DNA of 62,343 nucleotides, filler included, from Sphacelaria rigidula (Eukaryota): the NCBI GenBank assembly GCA_964200075.2. It is 5 parts of 5 records of this genome, joined end to end, with 100 filler letters (N's around TTAATTAATTAA, not from the genome) between each part and the next. Parts side by side here need not be neighbours in the genome. Positions count along the whole stretch, not along the records: positions 1 to 12,389 come from CAXNAA020003825.1; positions 12,490 to 24,878 come from CAXNAA020003826.1; 3 more parts are not named here. One strand, given 5' to 3'. This document shows positions 1 through 12,960 of the stretch, piece by piece. Position 1 is the first letter of the stretch. Every line of letters starts with the position of its first letter. A program made the translations under genes and the position numbers. The notes below the pieces were generated by a model. That model worked only from the letters and a program-made list of their open reading frames with translations. It made no database searches and had not been told where the DNA came from.

Positions 1-1884
1 GGTGGTGGGCGGTTGTGGGGGGGGGGGAGGGGGGGTGGTGTTAAGGCGGAGGGGTGGGGGGGGGGGGGGGGGGGGGGGGGGTAGTAGCCCAGTGCACAAT
101 TACATGGTAACGAAATGTCGCAAGAAAACGTTGAATGCAAACAGAGGATCTTGATGGCGTGTCGAAAGATCCTACAGCTGGGGAGCTTACAAGTGATCAC
201 TTTATGCGTCATGCATATCAAAACCGCCCCAAGCGATTCGACTCTCGACTCGTTCATCTGTTCAAAATAGTCGCCAGTCTCGGAAGAAGTGTGACGGACT
301 TTTTTCAGGAACAGGAGACCGCGAAACTGTAATTTGTGCGAGTGCCTGCCCCCTCTGCCCTACACCGTGTGCTTTTGTCACACATATGCCATATGCGCCA
401 AGTGTTCCCTCAATTTCTGCGCTCGATTTTTTCCTCGATCCTTGATCAGCAACCCGACCGGGGTTGAGGGGGCGAGGAACGATTGTGGAGTACAGCGGCG
501 GCGTTTGATCTAGAACACGCACATGGTAATACGGGGTCTTCAGTTTCTGCATACAATTTCTCCCGAAATACCTGCGAAGGCCACAGCTTCTCGTCGAAGG
601 TAAGGCGGAGTTTTCATCAAAGTACAGCATCCTCTTTTTGAAAATGCTTCCTCAAAAGAGAAGTGATCGACCCCCACAGCGACATACGGCTGCACCCAAA
701 TCTGAAATGTAGCGGTTTTGCCAGTGACCGATTGTCTAGTATTGTCTAGTGCTTCAGATAAGAAACAACGAGGCAGTACAACATGTACAGTACACTCCAC
801 GTTCCGAAAAAAAACGCAGACACCCGCCACTCATGCACATTAGTTCCAGCGGCAGACTTCGCCCAACTATACACAGCAGTCTTTTTTTCACGGAAATACG
901 TTTTGTCCTTCAGGACAGCGGCCGCGTGCGTGTCCATTTACATCGAAAACCGGTCAACGCTGACCGCTCGTGTGCACGCGCCCCACAGAGGTCAATATTC
1001 ATCTCTTATGTCAGGACGGAAATAAGCAAGGACCAGTCAGCGATCGTTTTGAGAAAGAGGCGAGATTAGAAGGGGGATCACCTCTTTCGGTTTACGACCT
1101 TCCAACGAAGCACTCTGCCTCTTAAGCCACATAAAAAATTCAAGCCGAGGACATTTCGTAAGAGAACCAAACTACTTTCGACTTATGGCGCCTGATGACC
1201 TGTGATTGAAGAGCTATTGGTACTCCTTCAAGGATCATCCGTGGGACAAAGTAAGGAGTTCGACACCAACAACGGTCGAAAAAATTCGAGAAACTGGCAC
1301 GGGAGATCATACGAAGAACAGCCCAGACGAGATCAAGACAATGTGGTGCATTCAGCCGACATGCCGATCAGATTCAACAAGTAATATGAAGTGAAGTAAA
1401 TCGGAAGCGGCCGCGCTTGGACTTACAGGCGCATAATCGATGACGAAGTGGATGCAGGACCATCAAAAGTCGACAGAGCTTGGCACAGGTCACAGTACGT
1501 GGATGTAACGGTCGCATGGAGCCAGTGCCGGATGTGTTCGGAAATCGTATCGAGTTAGCCCGCAAAAATGAACTTCGTTTCAAGTGCATCATGGGAGCAA
1601 TCGTCGCATTTGTGCCTAAGCAGTGGCAGGGGTAGCTGTTGCATGCTTCGAAGACAGTAATGCCTGCCGTGACAACCGATAGCACAGCTTATGTATGCTC
1701 TAACATGACACGCCTGACCAGGGCATAACAACCTCTGGTACACGATTTCATGACCCTTGCGCCCACGGTGTCGCTGCAGGCTCAAAATTGCCGCATCCAC
1801 TCTCATCCTTTGTTCAATTCCACGTGTGCAGTGCGGCACGACTCACGCTCAACACCGCACTTCACGAATGCATACAACCCTCAC

Positions 1885-3720
1885 CTGGTCCTCCCCGTAG
1901 ATGATTTCCTCCGCCAGACGGCCGCCCAGCGCCACCGCCAACTGAGCCTCCATGTACGCCTTCGAGTACAGTCCGCACTCGAGGCGCTCCTCCGAGGGCG
2001 AGAAGAACGTCAACCCCCCTGCACCGTTTGTCCTTGGCGTGATGGTGACCTTCTGCACGGTGTCGTAGTCAGGCATGAGCGCACCCACGATCGCGTGGCC
2101 GGCCTCGTGGTAAGCTACGATGGTGCGGAACTCCTCGTTTACACGGCTTCCCTTCTTCTCGAGACCTACGAGCAGGCGGTCCACGGCAGAGTCCACGTCC
2201 TCCCACTCAATGCTGGGCACGGCGCGCTTCTTCCGTGCGGCGAAGATGGCCGCCTCGTTGAGCAAGTTTTGCAGTTGGGCACCGGAGAAGCCAGGGGTAC
2301 GGCGGGCAATGCCCTCGATGTCCACGTCCGGCGCCAGGGGCTTTCCACGCGCATGCACCTTGAGGATAGCAATACGGCCCGTGTAGTTGGGGAGGTCGAC
2401 CAGCACCCTGCGGTCGAACCGCCCCGGCCGGAGCAAAGCATCGTCGAGCACGTCGATACGGTTGGTAGCAGCCATGACGATGACGCCAGGGTTCCCGGCG
2501 AAACCATCCATCTCGACAAGCATCTGATTTAACGTCTGCTCGCGCTCGTCGTTGCCGCCGGCCATGCCGCCGCCTCGTTGACGACCCACTGCGTCGATCT
2601 CGTCGATGAAGATGATGCATGGCGAGTTCTCCTTCGCCTTGTCGAACAAGTCACGTACACGCGCCGCACCAACACCGACGAACATTTCCACGAACTCTGA
2701 ACCAGAAGTGGCGATGAAGGGGCAGCCAGCCTCACCAGCGACGGCACGCGCCAGCAGAGTCTTACCTGTACCTGGGGGGCCCTCAAGGATGACACCGCGC
2801 GGGATCTTGGCACCGATCTTAGTGTACTTGGCTGGGCTTTTAAGGAAGTCTACGACCTCCTCCAACTCGAACTTGGCCGAGTCACAGCCTGCAACCTGGT
2901 CGAAAGTGACGCCCGTGTCAGGATTCACCTCAAGCTTACCCTTCGACTTCGTGAAGTCCATGGGGTTTCCCCCACCTGGCATTCCCCCTCCCATGCCCCC
3001 GCCCGGTGGGGGCGCTCCGCCTCCCTGGCCCTGGCCTCCGCCTCTTCGAGCCAGGAAAAGCAAGCTGCCGAACAGAATAGCAGGGAAAATTAGAGAGCCG
3101 AGCTGCCCGAAGCCCCCGCCGTTGCCGCCCTGAGGGGTCTGGTTGGGCATGACGGTCACATCAACCTTGTGCTTGGTGAGGATCGTGAGAAGTTCAGGGT
3201 CGTTGGGGATGGCGTCGATTTTCACACGCATGCCGTCCGTGTCCACGGCAATAAGCTTCTTGCCGTCATACGAAAAGGACACCTTCTCGATTTCATCCTT
3301 TTCGACCGACTTTACGAAGTCCGAGTAGCGGATATCCTCGACCGTCTGCACTGACTGAGTCTTCATCACAGAAGCGGGAGGGGCCTGCTGTGCCACCTCC
3401 GCGAAGGGCGACGCAGCAACGTCGATCGCCATGGCCGGCGACGAAAACGCGATTGCTGCCGCGGCGAGCAACGCGGCCACGGAGTTGACGGGGTTGAACT
3501 CGTCAGACTTCAAGGCCATCGCGGGAGGTGCCACAGAAGGACGCACGGCTGTGGGTCGTGCACATGCGAGAGCGGATCGCGTGGCAAATCCGCCAGCAGA
3601 CGTGCTGCTGGTTCCTGCTCGTATGTTCGATGAAACCATGAAGGCTTCGCTGGATGCCATCAGCAGAGCCAGCGCGCCTGCCTTGCGCTTAAGCCCTCGT
3701 ATGTTCGTGGACGAGTCCAT
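1885..3720 (-). CDS. ftsH: Nuclear-encoded plastid (thylakoid) ATP-dependent zinc metalloprotease FtsH, type A (FtsH1/5-like); first exon only, C-terminal exon(s) not found in this scaffold
   Basis: Walker A GPPGTGKT, Walker [31 protein letters not shown], zinc motif HEAGH, type-A-like [15 protein letters not shown]. Likely ATG at 3720 (MDSST...ASSEA/FM signal cleavage site). Donor CAG|GTGAG after 1885; exon is 1836 bp (612 codons). Confidence 0.95.
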
Positions 3721-5210
3721 CGTTGTCAGTCTGGCGGGGAACCAACTCCCCTCCGTGTTGATTGTGTTGTTGTGATCTACGAGGGTGTACGGGTGCACGG
3801 GCACCGTACGGCGCGATGTTTGTACAGCGCAGCGCAGCTCTTGTGTAAGTGACGCTCGTGTAACGTGACTCATAATGTTACATATGTCAGCGAAGTGGGT
3901 AAATAGGCGTGCTTTTTATTTCTTTTTATGTAAATCGAATTATTCTCAGACCCGTAACTCATCTGAGCTCTCTGACGAGGTTTCCTCCTCCATGTCTGGA
4001 TGGAATGTCATAGTCATCTATGTACACGCGTGACCTGATAGATCCTAGAGCACATATCACATGTCGAGTAAACTTCCGGTTTCGTTTTTATTCAAGTAGT
4101 TATACCTTGGGTACATTTCTCATGGGATGAAATCTACAGGAGGACAGTGCTGATTAATAGAAGGCATGGATACGTAAGAGTCCACTTCAACATAATCAAT
4201 AAATAATAGTGTATCATGGGTCAAGGACGGCTTTACTCGAGCTTTCCTCCATGAACACAACAAATGAAGCCGATAATTCATCCACCCCCTCTTCCTCCCT
4301 TCGGAAATTCTTAATGATGAGGTAAACTCCGGTCAAAATCCCATTATTGGTTGTGCAGTTCTTCTACAGTAATAAACCATCACCGCCACTGTATTATACT
4401 GAATACAATAAAGACTGACTCACGCTTATGAGTCTCATCACCTAAAATTGGGTCATCAGCAAATACCTCGCGCAATACCTACCCAATATTCGCATATATG
4501 GTGGTATCATATTGACCACAACGCACAGACAAAGAGGGTGACATTGACGGATTTGTGTTCAAGGCCAAAACGGTAGCCCTGAGGGCGAAAGGGTACCTCG
4601 ACCAATCAGCGCCCTTCGACATAGTTCTGAAATTGAAAACACGAATTCTTGATCTAGATTCTACTCAATCTCCACACACTTTCAATCATCATCACCATCA
4701 GCTCAGAAATGTAACAGAGAAAAACAGACTTGGAAACGGTTACTATGGGATGAAGTACCCCAAGTTGTGGTATTTTAGTGATGTAGGGTTTTGGCGTCGT
4801 CGGATTTCCATTGATGATACGCACGAAAGACCCAGGAAGGTTTTCCTCATACCATATGCCGTAGAAGAGATCAGATCGCCCTCAAACTTGGCACTTCCGT
4901 CGGTATTGGTGCTCCAAATGGGAGAGAAAAATGTATTATCGACAATATTTCAAATTTTCCCCACTCTTTACCGGCTTCCCGGGGTCCCAGCGACCCCTGG
5001 AACGCGGTACAGAATCCCTCCATAATGAATCCTCACATGATGCGTCCAAGGTAGTCCAAGGAATTGATTGATTAATTGATTGAATACATATACAAAGTTT
5101 GGTTGCGAGATCCGAAAACTTCGTACAGGTTTGATCAACATACCCAAAAACAACGTTTATATACTGAAATCAAGTAGTTAGGCACTGAAGCTCACTTCAT
5201 CTCAGAAAAG

Positions 5211-5516
5211 GGCAAAACTTCACGCCGTTTGTAGGAGTTAGACCATGAAATTTTGCACACAAATACAATGGATCATTGAAAAAATAATCGACGGACAAGA
5301 GGTTTTATTTTTATTTTTATTCGACGGTTTCCGGGGATCCTACGGGGTCCGACGTTCCGGAGAAAGCTCCCCGAGAACCTTGGGACCCCCCGAAAACCGG
5401 GAAATAAATCGGATATAAAAAAAAAAAAAGTCGTCCATCGAAAGTTGCGTGTTGACCCATAGCAAGATTGGGCACAATTTCAGGGTCTAACTCCGAAAAA
5501 CGGCGTGAAGTTTTGC
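5211..5516. mobile_element. MITE-like inverted repeat, ~100-bp arms
   Basis: GCAAAACTTCACGCCGTTTGTAGGAGTTAGACCATGAAATT vs AATTTCAGGGTCTAACTCCGAAAAACGGCGTGAAGTTTTGC. Confidence 0.7.
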
Positions 5517-6858
5517 GGATAACAGTTGTTTTTAGGTTAATGAGGAAGCGTGAACCAGCCTGTATGCGATATCTGGGGGTATCATCCGAACCGCACACGC
5601 AAGATGGAGGAACGTCGAGCATGGGAGCTGGGTAGACAAGCTATGATTCGGTGGACTGAACCCAGATCGTATTGGCATGCAAAAATGAAGATGGAAATGG
5701 CGTATGTGCACGAGAGCAGCACCAGCCCTCTTCGGCGAAAGCCGAGCGCACGCTAGTCTACCCCTCAAGTAACAGTTTTTTCTCGCGCGACAAAATAGGA
5801 ATTCCACCTTTGACATTCATCCTTACTCTCACGGCATCTATCCTGTGCAAGGTAATGTCGGGTTCAGCCAGAACAAAATAAAAGCCCAAGTTCCTGCTGC
5901 AACACAAAAGGGGGGAAGGTTTCAACAGGCAGGACACAAGAGAGGGGAACGCTGTACCATTATGGTGGAGGTACAACCCCGCGCATAGAGCACGCACGCG
6001 GCTGCTATTGTGTGGCTTGCGAGAGGGTGCATGCCATTGCGATAACTGTTGCAGACCGCCTATCGTAAGGACCCAGCAACACATTGATGAAGATTCTCGG
6101 GATAGACCGCTAGTAACTGGCTTTGTGCGGAAGTTCTCCACCTCGGCAAATTAAAGACGAAAACACAGGGTCCCAGCAGATGACGCAAACGTATGAACTA
6201 CACAAAATCCTACACTACCGTCAATACAAAAGGCGCAGAAAACACCGATGGGCAACGGCATACATAGTTTATCCATACCAATGTCAACGACGTACATCAC
6301 TCATTGAGAATGCCGCCATTCAACGTGTCGGTCTCCCGCTGCATCGCATGGCCAACAATTTTCCGAGCGGACACTTCCGCCACACACTAGCGATCAAGGG
6401 TTGTCATTGCATAACTCTGGGGAAACATTCGTGATCTCACCGATCACCACATGACATGACAAAAACCAAGGAACATGAAACTGGATCAGGAACCGCGCCC
6501 GCGGTAATCCTCTGCGATAAATCTACTGTGCGACGAAGACCCTAGAACACAGCGGATAGGACACGATACCCTGAGTAAATATATCCATTAGCAGTTTCCC
6601 ATTCGCCAACATTACACGCCTTAGGCCAATCGGCTCCACAACATAATCACTGCTGTAAAAAATGTGCTCCTCAGAGCCCTTCCAAAAGTAACTCAGGGGT
6701 GTACCTGTGATCAAAGTTCTAACCTTCAACTTACACGACAATTCACGACGCGACAGATATCTCTGAAAAAAAATACCCAACCTCGGAATGGCGCATCGTG
6801 CGCGCAGCCACCACCGACACGGCATTGTTTCTCAACTCAGCGGATATGACATCAACGG

Positions 6859-7741
6859 TCATGTTTGATCCCTTGGCTCTACGAGAACCTCATTCACCGC
6901 CACATGGGATGGTGCTGTCAAGGCGTACAGTACCGCCGAGGCCACATCTGCAGGCTGGAGCACCTGGTTTTCAGTACCCCCCGTGCCCACCGTTACGCCA
7001 ATTGAAACTCCCAACTCCTTGGCCGCCTCCTCGTCTGTGTTGTTCATCACCAAGTCCGTGGCGCAGTCCCCAGGCTGAATAGTGGTCACCTGCAACGACC
7101 CATTGTTACATGTCAGATGCAAGCAAAGGGCAGAGAGCACGATGTGCTGCATACCCGTACCACGATTAGTACATGTGGTGCATGGCCCGAGGCGTGTACT
7201 TTTCGTCTCGAATTGCCACAGCTCATACGTTTCCAGCAAAAAAAAATGGATGGCATTCAGTTACCAGGTACAAAGGTGAGCGTGCCTCCGCCTCACCACT
7301 ACATGCAGCTTGAGCAGCCGCAGAATGCTTTCGGAATGCATGACGGGCAGGGAGTAGCAGGCTGATGCGGTGCCAATCGAGTCTGATCCTTGGGCGTGCA
7401 GGTTGTCTCGGTGGAAAATAAGAATGGAATTATTCAAAGCCCGTGCGGGGAACTCGAATCGTCAAATGGATAGCCCACCTTCACACCAGTGCCAACAACC
7501 TCGCGGCGCAATCCTTCAGACATGGCCTCAACGAAGTATTTTGACGCGCAGTAAACAGCCAGAGTGGGGAAGATACGCCGTCCAGCATCGGACGATATGT
7601 TCACGATGTGTCCACGACCACGCTCTACCATGTCCCCGAGCACCGCGCCCACTCCGAACATTGTCCCCTTGCAGTTCACGTCCACAGTTGTCTCCCACTC
7701 ATCCTCGTGTAAATTTTTCATGTTCGTATAGTACATCACAC
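6859..7741 (-). CDS. Short-chain dehydrogenase/reductase (SDR), last two exons; N-terminal exons not located
   Basis: Exons 7741-7479 (GVMYY...NISSDAGRR...YCASK...GTGVK) and 7089-6859 (VTTIQPGDCATDL...AVNEVLVEPRDQT*). GT-AG sites, matching phase, catalytic S...YxxxK motif. Confidence 0.9.
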
Positions 7742-10626
7742 CTGTAGTGCGATATCCCCGCGAGGACGTGCAGTGGCATCGGAGACAAGGGGAAATTGAT
7801 CGTACAAGCAAACTGGGATATTGCACGCACTTACTCCACTGCTCTATACCATACACGCACTAGGATGTTGCAGGTGAAGGCCATCATTCCCCGTTGTATT
7901 GAGGGGTTATCTGCAATAAGATATTGATCAGACGCCGACTTGATGCTCTTGTAGTGCCCCCGTTAGGGGTTCGACTTTGCGGTTGATTCAACTGGAGTCA
8001 CGAAGCCAAGTACTCCTCATTCAAAAGAGCAAAACATGCATACCACAAGAGTGAGCGCCCGACTCGTGCCGTACCAAAAGCTAACTACTGGGTATCAATG
8101 TTTTTGACAGTGATTCGAATGTCAATTGCTGATGTGTCTTTGAATCTGCATAACAGGGGTAGAAATGGGCAAAGGCTGGCGATATGTGCAACATGATGGC
8201 TGCATCATGCACATACGTAACTATGTAACGGTAAAGTACACACGTGTACAACTGTGCGTGCATTACATTACAGGTAGTTCAAGAGTGCAGCAATACGCTA
8301 CACTCATCGCACTGGGATAAATGGCGCAAGCCATTACAACCATGACTTGTTCTTGATCAATTATTTTGCGGGCGGCAAATTGTGCGTTGAATTAGGCCGT
8401 TCAGCATTTTTGACTAAGCACACGTAGCTCCGAGCAGGATAGACAGAGCACCATACTTCACCAAATTCATGTCAAATTACCTTTTCCAGTGATGGACGTG
8501 TAGTATCGACGCAGAAGACGATGTCGACAAGAAATGCATTGTATATAACGTCGACGTTTACCGTGAACAACCCTGTCCTACGAAGCAATGGAGAACATTT
8601 TCCGCTTTTACATCTTCACATCGTACTGTTCATAGTTTCTACAGAGTCTAGTTCATGATGCGATTTGTTTCCTCGCGTCATACTGGAGTAGATCACAACA
8701 TATCGTAATATGCGCACTATACTGCAATCAATACCCTAACATGTGCTGTACGCTTTGCCGTACAACATGCTAAGCCAATTCGAGATAATGTAGCATGTGC
8801 TATATTGTGCACGCCACAACACTGCACCGTACTCAACCGAACACAAAACCGGTTCACTATTATTAATAGTGAGATTCGCTGTTCTAGGCCCGGGCTCAGT
8901 CCTTCTTTCTAAGCCTCCGCCGAAATATGAGAATGCTATATCTAAGATCTAGGGAAGAGTACAAGGTCGACAGCTTCACTCGGTTTGCCACGTCAACTTT
9001 CATCGAGGACAACTTCCCGTGCACGTGCACACAATAATCTGCACAAATCAGCACTTGTGCGGGCGTGCTTTGGACGTAGATCGGAATGTTTTTCCGTAAA
9101 AGTGTTTTGGCACACTGAGAGCAAACTAGATCATTTGTTTGATCCTCTGGATGTTGACCTTTCATACATCATCGTATTGCGTAGATTATTGCAGCACCAA
9201 CTAAACGTACGCAAAAAAGTGTACCTGTTCCCAGAATCCGGTCCAAATCTGTGCGGCTCTGATGTATGTGTAATCTACAATACAAAAATCTGCGCAAACT
9301 GGTGGCATGGCAAAAGGCAGCGTCCAGAGAATCGTGCCACTGATCTGGATTCTTTCCGGTTCTGACACCAAATCCACGGACAAGAATCGTCCAAAAAGCG
9401 TCTGACCTCTGTAGACTTATGTGCTCGAAGATTTGTCCCCAGTTAAAGTTGGTCTCAAGCCTCGTTCCTTGACTAACCTGAAAAATCGAGCATAGCGCAC
9501 CCGTTGTGTACATGAGCTACAGAAGATTCAAGATACAAGAGTAAATAACGGCATGTACTGGGTGAGCCAAGATTCTCAAGGATTTTCATGCGCAAGGGAA
9601 GCTTCCACACGACCATTTCTGAAACGAGCAGCAGAAGTGAAAATGACCATCTCCGAACCGGGCACAAGTTTCACATGACCATCTTCCAAGCGGTTCAGGG
9701 AGAGGGACACGTGAAGAAAATACGCGTGAAACCGAACAAATGTGTGTTTCCTCGACATGTGCGCAGCAATAACAGGCATAAGTGTACAGTACACTGCACA
9801 CTAGCTTTGACAGTATGCACAAAAGATGCCGTCACGTGTAGAATGTACACCGATCATGGGGGGGAAACTTGTGCACCAGTACGATCACGTTTGGCGTGTA
9901 GCTTTTTGTGCGCTTATATAGCATGTCATGCTTTCCAACTGTTGACAATATGTATATGTATATATATACATATGTATCCAATCCTATTTGATCTCCGCAG
10001 ATAAACTCGTTCAGTTACGGCCGCATAGTCAAGCGGTTGCTTTCCGACAATTAGCAGCGTCGAATATTGGCGTTGTAAAGTCCGAGAGAAACCATCACTC
10101 GAGTTGCCCACATATAAATATCGTCCCATACTTGACTGGCGGGCTGCTCCGTTCAGGCAGCCCCTCTTCGTCAGACATTTTTCAGTTGTTGAGTAGATGG
10201 CGTCGTTGTGTCTGGGTGAGAGGGTACGCGGGTGGGTGATCATGCTCTGAAGTTAACTCAACACGTACGACCCAATTTGCACGTTTCTTATCCCAACAAT
10301 CACCGTTGGCTAAAAAGCTCGACAGCTTCACACGTGTAGCTTGCCGTGTGCTCGCACCATTTGAGCGGAGTAGCACCACAAAACTTGCTTCAAAAGAAAA
10401 CGCGTTTGGTGCTTGGCCAGGTGGGGTGAACGCGTGAGGCCCTCAAATTGCGATCGGATGGGATATTCTCAACAATTCAAGGCCGCGAGCAGTGTTTATC
10501 TTGGTCGGCGTTGCTCAGGGGAAAATTCTGTACTTTTCAAAAGCGTTATCGTTTGAGCATACTGATTCGAAACGAGGATCGTTGTTGTGGCACGCTAGAA
10601 ACTGTCCCGAGATCGCATGTTATGCC

Positions 10627-10785
10627 AATATTGCACACCCTGGACAATATATACGGTGAATAGTTGCAACATAAGTAAGATGCACTGCTTAAAGTATAAG
10701 CCTATATTTGACGCAATACTTTTTTTCTCATTGCAACTATTGACTATATACTATTGACCATATATTGTTCAGGTTGTGCAATATT
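10627..10785. repeat. Small AT-rich inverted repeat (MITE-like)
   Basis: AATATTGCACACCCTGGACAATATAT...AATAGTTGCAA vs TTGCAACTATT...ATATATTGTTCAGGTTGTGCAATATT. Confidence 0.65.
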
Positions 10786-11010
10786 TCGAGATATGTCAAA
10801 TGTCACAAATGGCCGACCCGGTCGGTACGGAAACACGCGTGGTCACACGAAGTCATGTATCCATCTTTGAACCGGGCACGAGTCCCGTTTTAATATAATA
10901 GCAACATGATCGTACAGTTTCATACCGTAACCGAACGGTGTCAACGATGTATTTGAAAATTCCCTTCTCATGTATGCAGATACCACAAGGAGACAGAATA
11001 TTATTGGATG

Positions 11011-11043
<33 letters not shown>
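11011..11043. repeat. (CAT)11 microsatellite
   Basis: Read directly from the sequence. Confidence 0.95.
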
Positions 11044-12389
11044 GAGAGAGTTCGACCCAAGGGTGATGAGCTCTTCTCCTCTGAGGCCGTGTCTTGATGG
11101 TACGGAGAAGGAACTCCCGAAAACAAAATCCAAAAGAAGCATGGTGATTGGTCACCGCGGTAGTAGTTATCCCTGAGAAAAAATACCTCCAAGCACATGT
11201 CCTTCTTGCTGGCCAGCTTATTTTTCATAAAATGAATTTCGAATTTTCGAGAAGAAGGAAACTGGCTTGTTCTACTGTCGAAAACATTTTGCTCGAAGGA
11301 GAACATAAAGAGCGCAGCACCGGTCCTTGGCGTATTGCGCGCCTGTAACACAGCCCGTACCTGAGGCACAACCAACCGCTCACTACTGATCTCACTGTCC
11401 CAGGATTGAGCTTTAGCTGTTGATCAACTGAATACAACCTTCTTGGCTTGGGTTGAATCGGTTCAAAAAGAAAGGAGATGCGATGATTTTTGTGTCAGAA
11501 AAGGGTGCTGTTTTATCCAGACAGAGGGAGTTTGTCACCCACATCAGCTCGCGAGATGATTCTGTGCCCGCAACGACTAGTTTGAGTGTCACCGGAATCA
11601 CCTTTTGTTGCTGAGATCCAAGCCAGGATCTGCACACGGGTTCGAGGACTCGGCTCGGCGGTTCTTGCAGTAGTCGTTGGTCCATAATTTCTGTACAGGG
11701 CTGGCGTTGTACAAACAAGATGCGACACCGAAGCACAACGCCTATACACCGAGTCCCAAAAAAACACGCATGGATCACGATTGGATCCCTGGGGGCTCAG
11801 TTGATGTGCGACAATTGATCAAACGAGATCAATCGATCAGACGTTCTCCACTCACACGCGTTGGCTTCGCCGCCAGCCTTTGCTCATCTACACACAGCAA
11901 CCTTCGTTTTGACGGGAATCCGTCCAGTATTGGAGAAACGGCAGCCGCGTGCGAATCATTTCCACAACCGAAAACCTGCCGCTACTGTCTCTTTGTGTGG
12001 GTCTTTTCGGCGCGCCTGGGACAAATTATTGTTTCCTTCAATCATGGACAGGAGTCTTTTTACGATACCTTCCCCCCCCCCCCAGAAAAAAAAGTGCCTG
12101 GTTTGGGGAGGCAAAATCTACATGTAAGTCAACATGAAAAAAGCCGAGCACAACGAGCAGCTGGGATTTTCCGCGCTTGGGTTTGTTTTCGCCAATGTCG
12201 CCCATATGAGGCGCTTCATGCAGCCTGAAACCAAACATCGGACGCTGCATGGCCATTTCATTCGTGACAGTTGTGGACTGGTTGTCGGGGGGGCGTACTC
12301 ATTTGTTGCTTGCCTTAGTCGTTTGACCGTTGACCACGCATCCCTTTCGAGACGGAGGACTGGTTGTCGGGGGGGGGCTATGTAGAAAG

Positions 12390-12489
12390 NNNNNNNNNNN
12401 NNNNNNNNNNNNNNNNNNNNNNNNNNNNNNNNNTTAATTAATTAANNNNNNNNNNNNNNNNNNNNNNNNNNNNNNNNNNNNNNNNNNNN
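12390..12489. other. Artificial scaffold linker (also 24879-24978, 37368-37467, 49856-49955)
   Basis: Identical N44-TTAATTAATTAA-N44 (stops in all six frames) at all four joins. Confidence 0.98.
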
Positions 12490-12960
12490 TCCGGCGCCTA
12501 TCATTCCTGTATTGCCTGATGAAATCAGCCTCCAAATTCGAAGCCCAAACTCGTGACAGCCGTAGAGCTAGACCCGACTGAAGGATTGTTGGCTTTTTGG
12601 CCGGCCCAGCTTGTATAGCTGGCAATCTCTTCCTCTGCATTTTCTTTACGCTATATTGCCAACGCATTTTCCTCATGTCGGGGGGGGAGAGGAGGGGGAG
12701 AGGAGGGGGGTACAGTATGTAAACGAAGGATCAAAGCCAGAACACGTCGAGTTTGACAAGATATCAACGAGATGAGTCCGGTACACACGCGCACCTCTGT
12801 ACGGTTTCCTGTACCCGCTCCGAGGTTTCATAGTGTACGCGGAAATCTGCCGACATCGGTAGTGTTCACCACTAACCACTGCCGAAGCCCGCTGAGATCT
12901 ATTGACCCCATCCGATGTCTATTTTCTCCCCGTTGTTCTCTCCTCAACACACACAAACAG

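Noticed and set aside
1750..3775. Long plus-strand ORFs overlapping ftsH
   Set aside because: Antisense shadows of a GC-rich coding exon.
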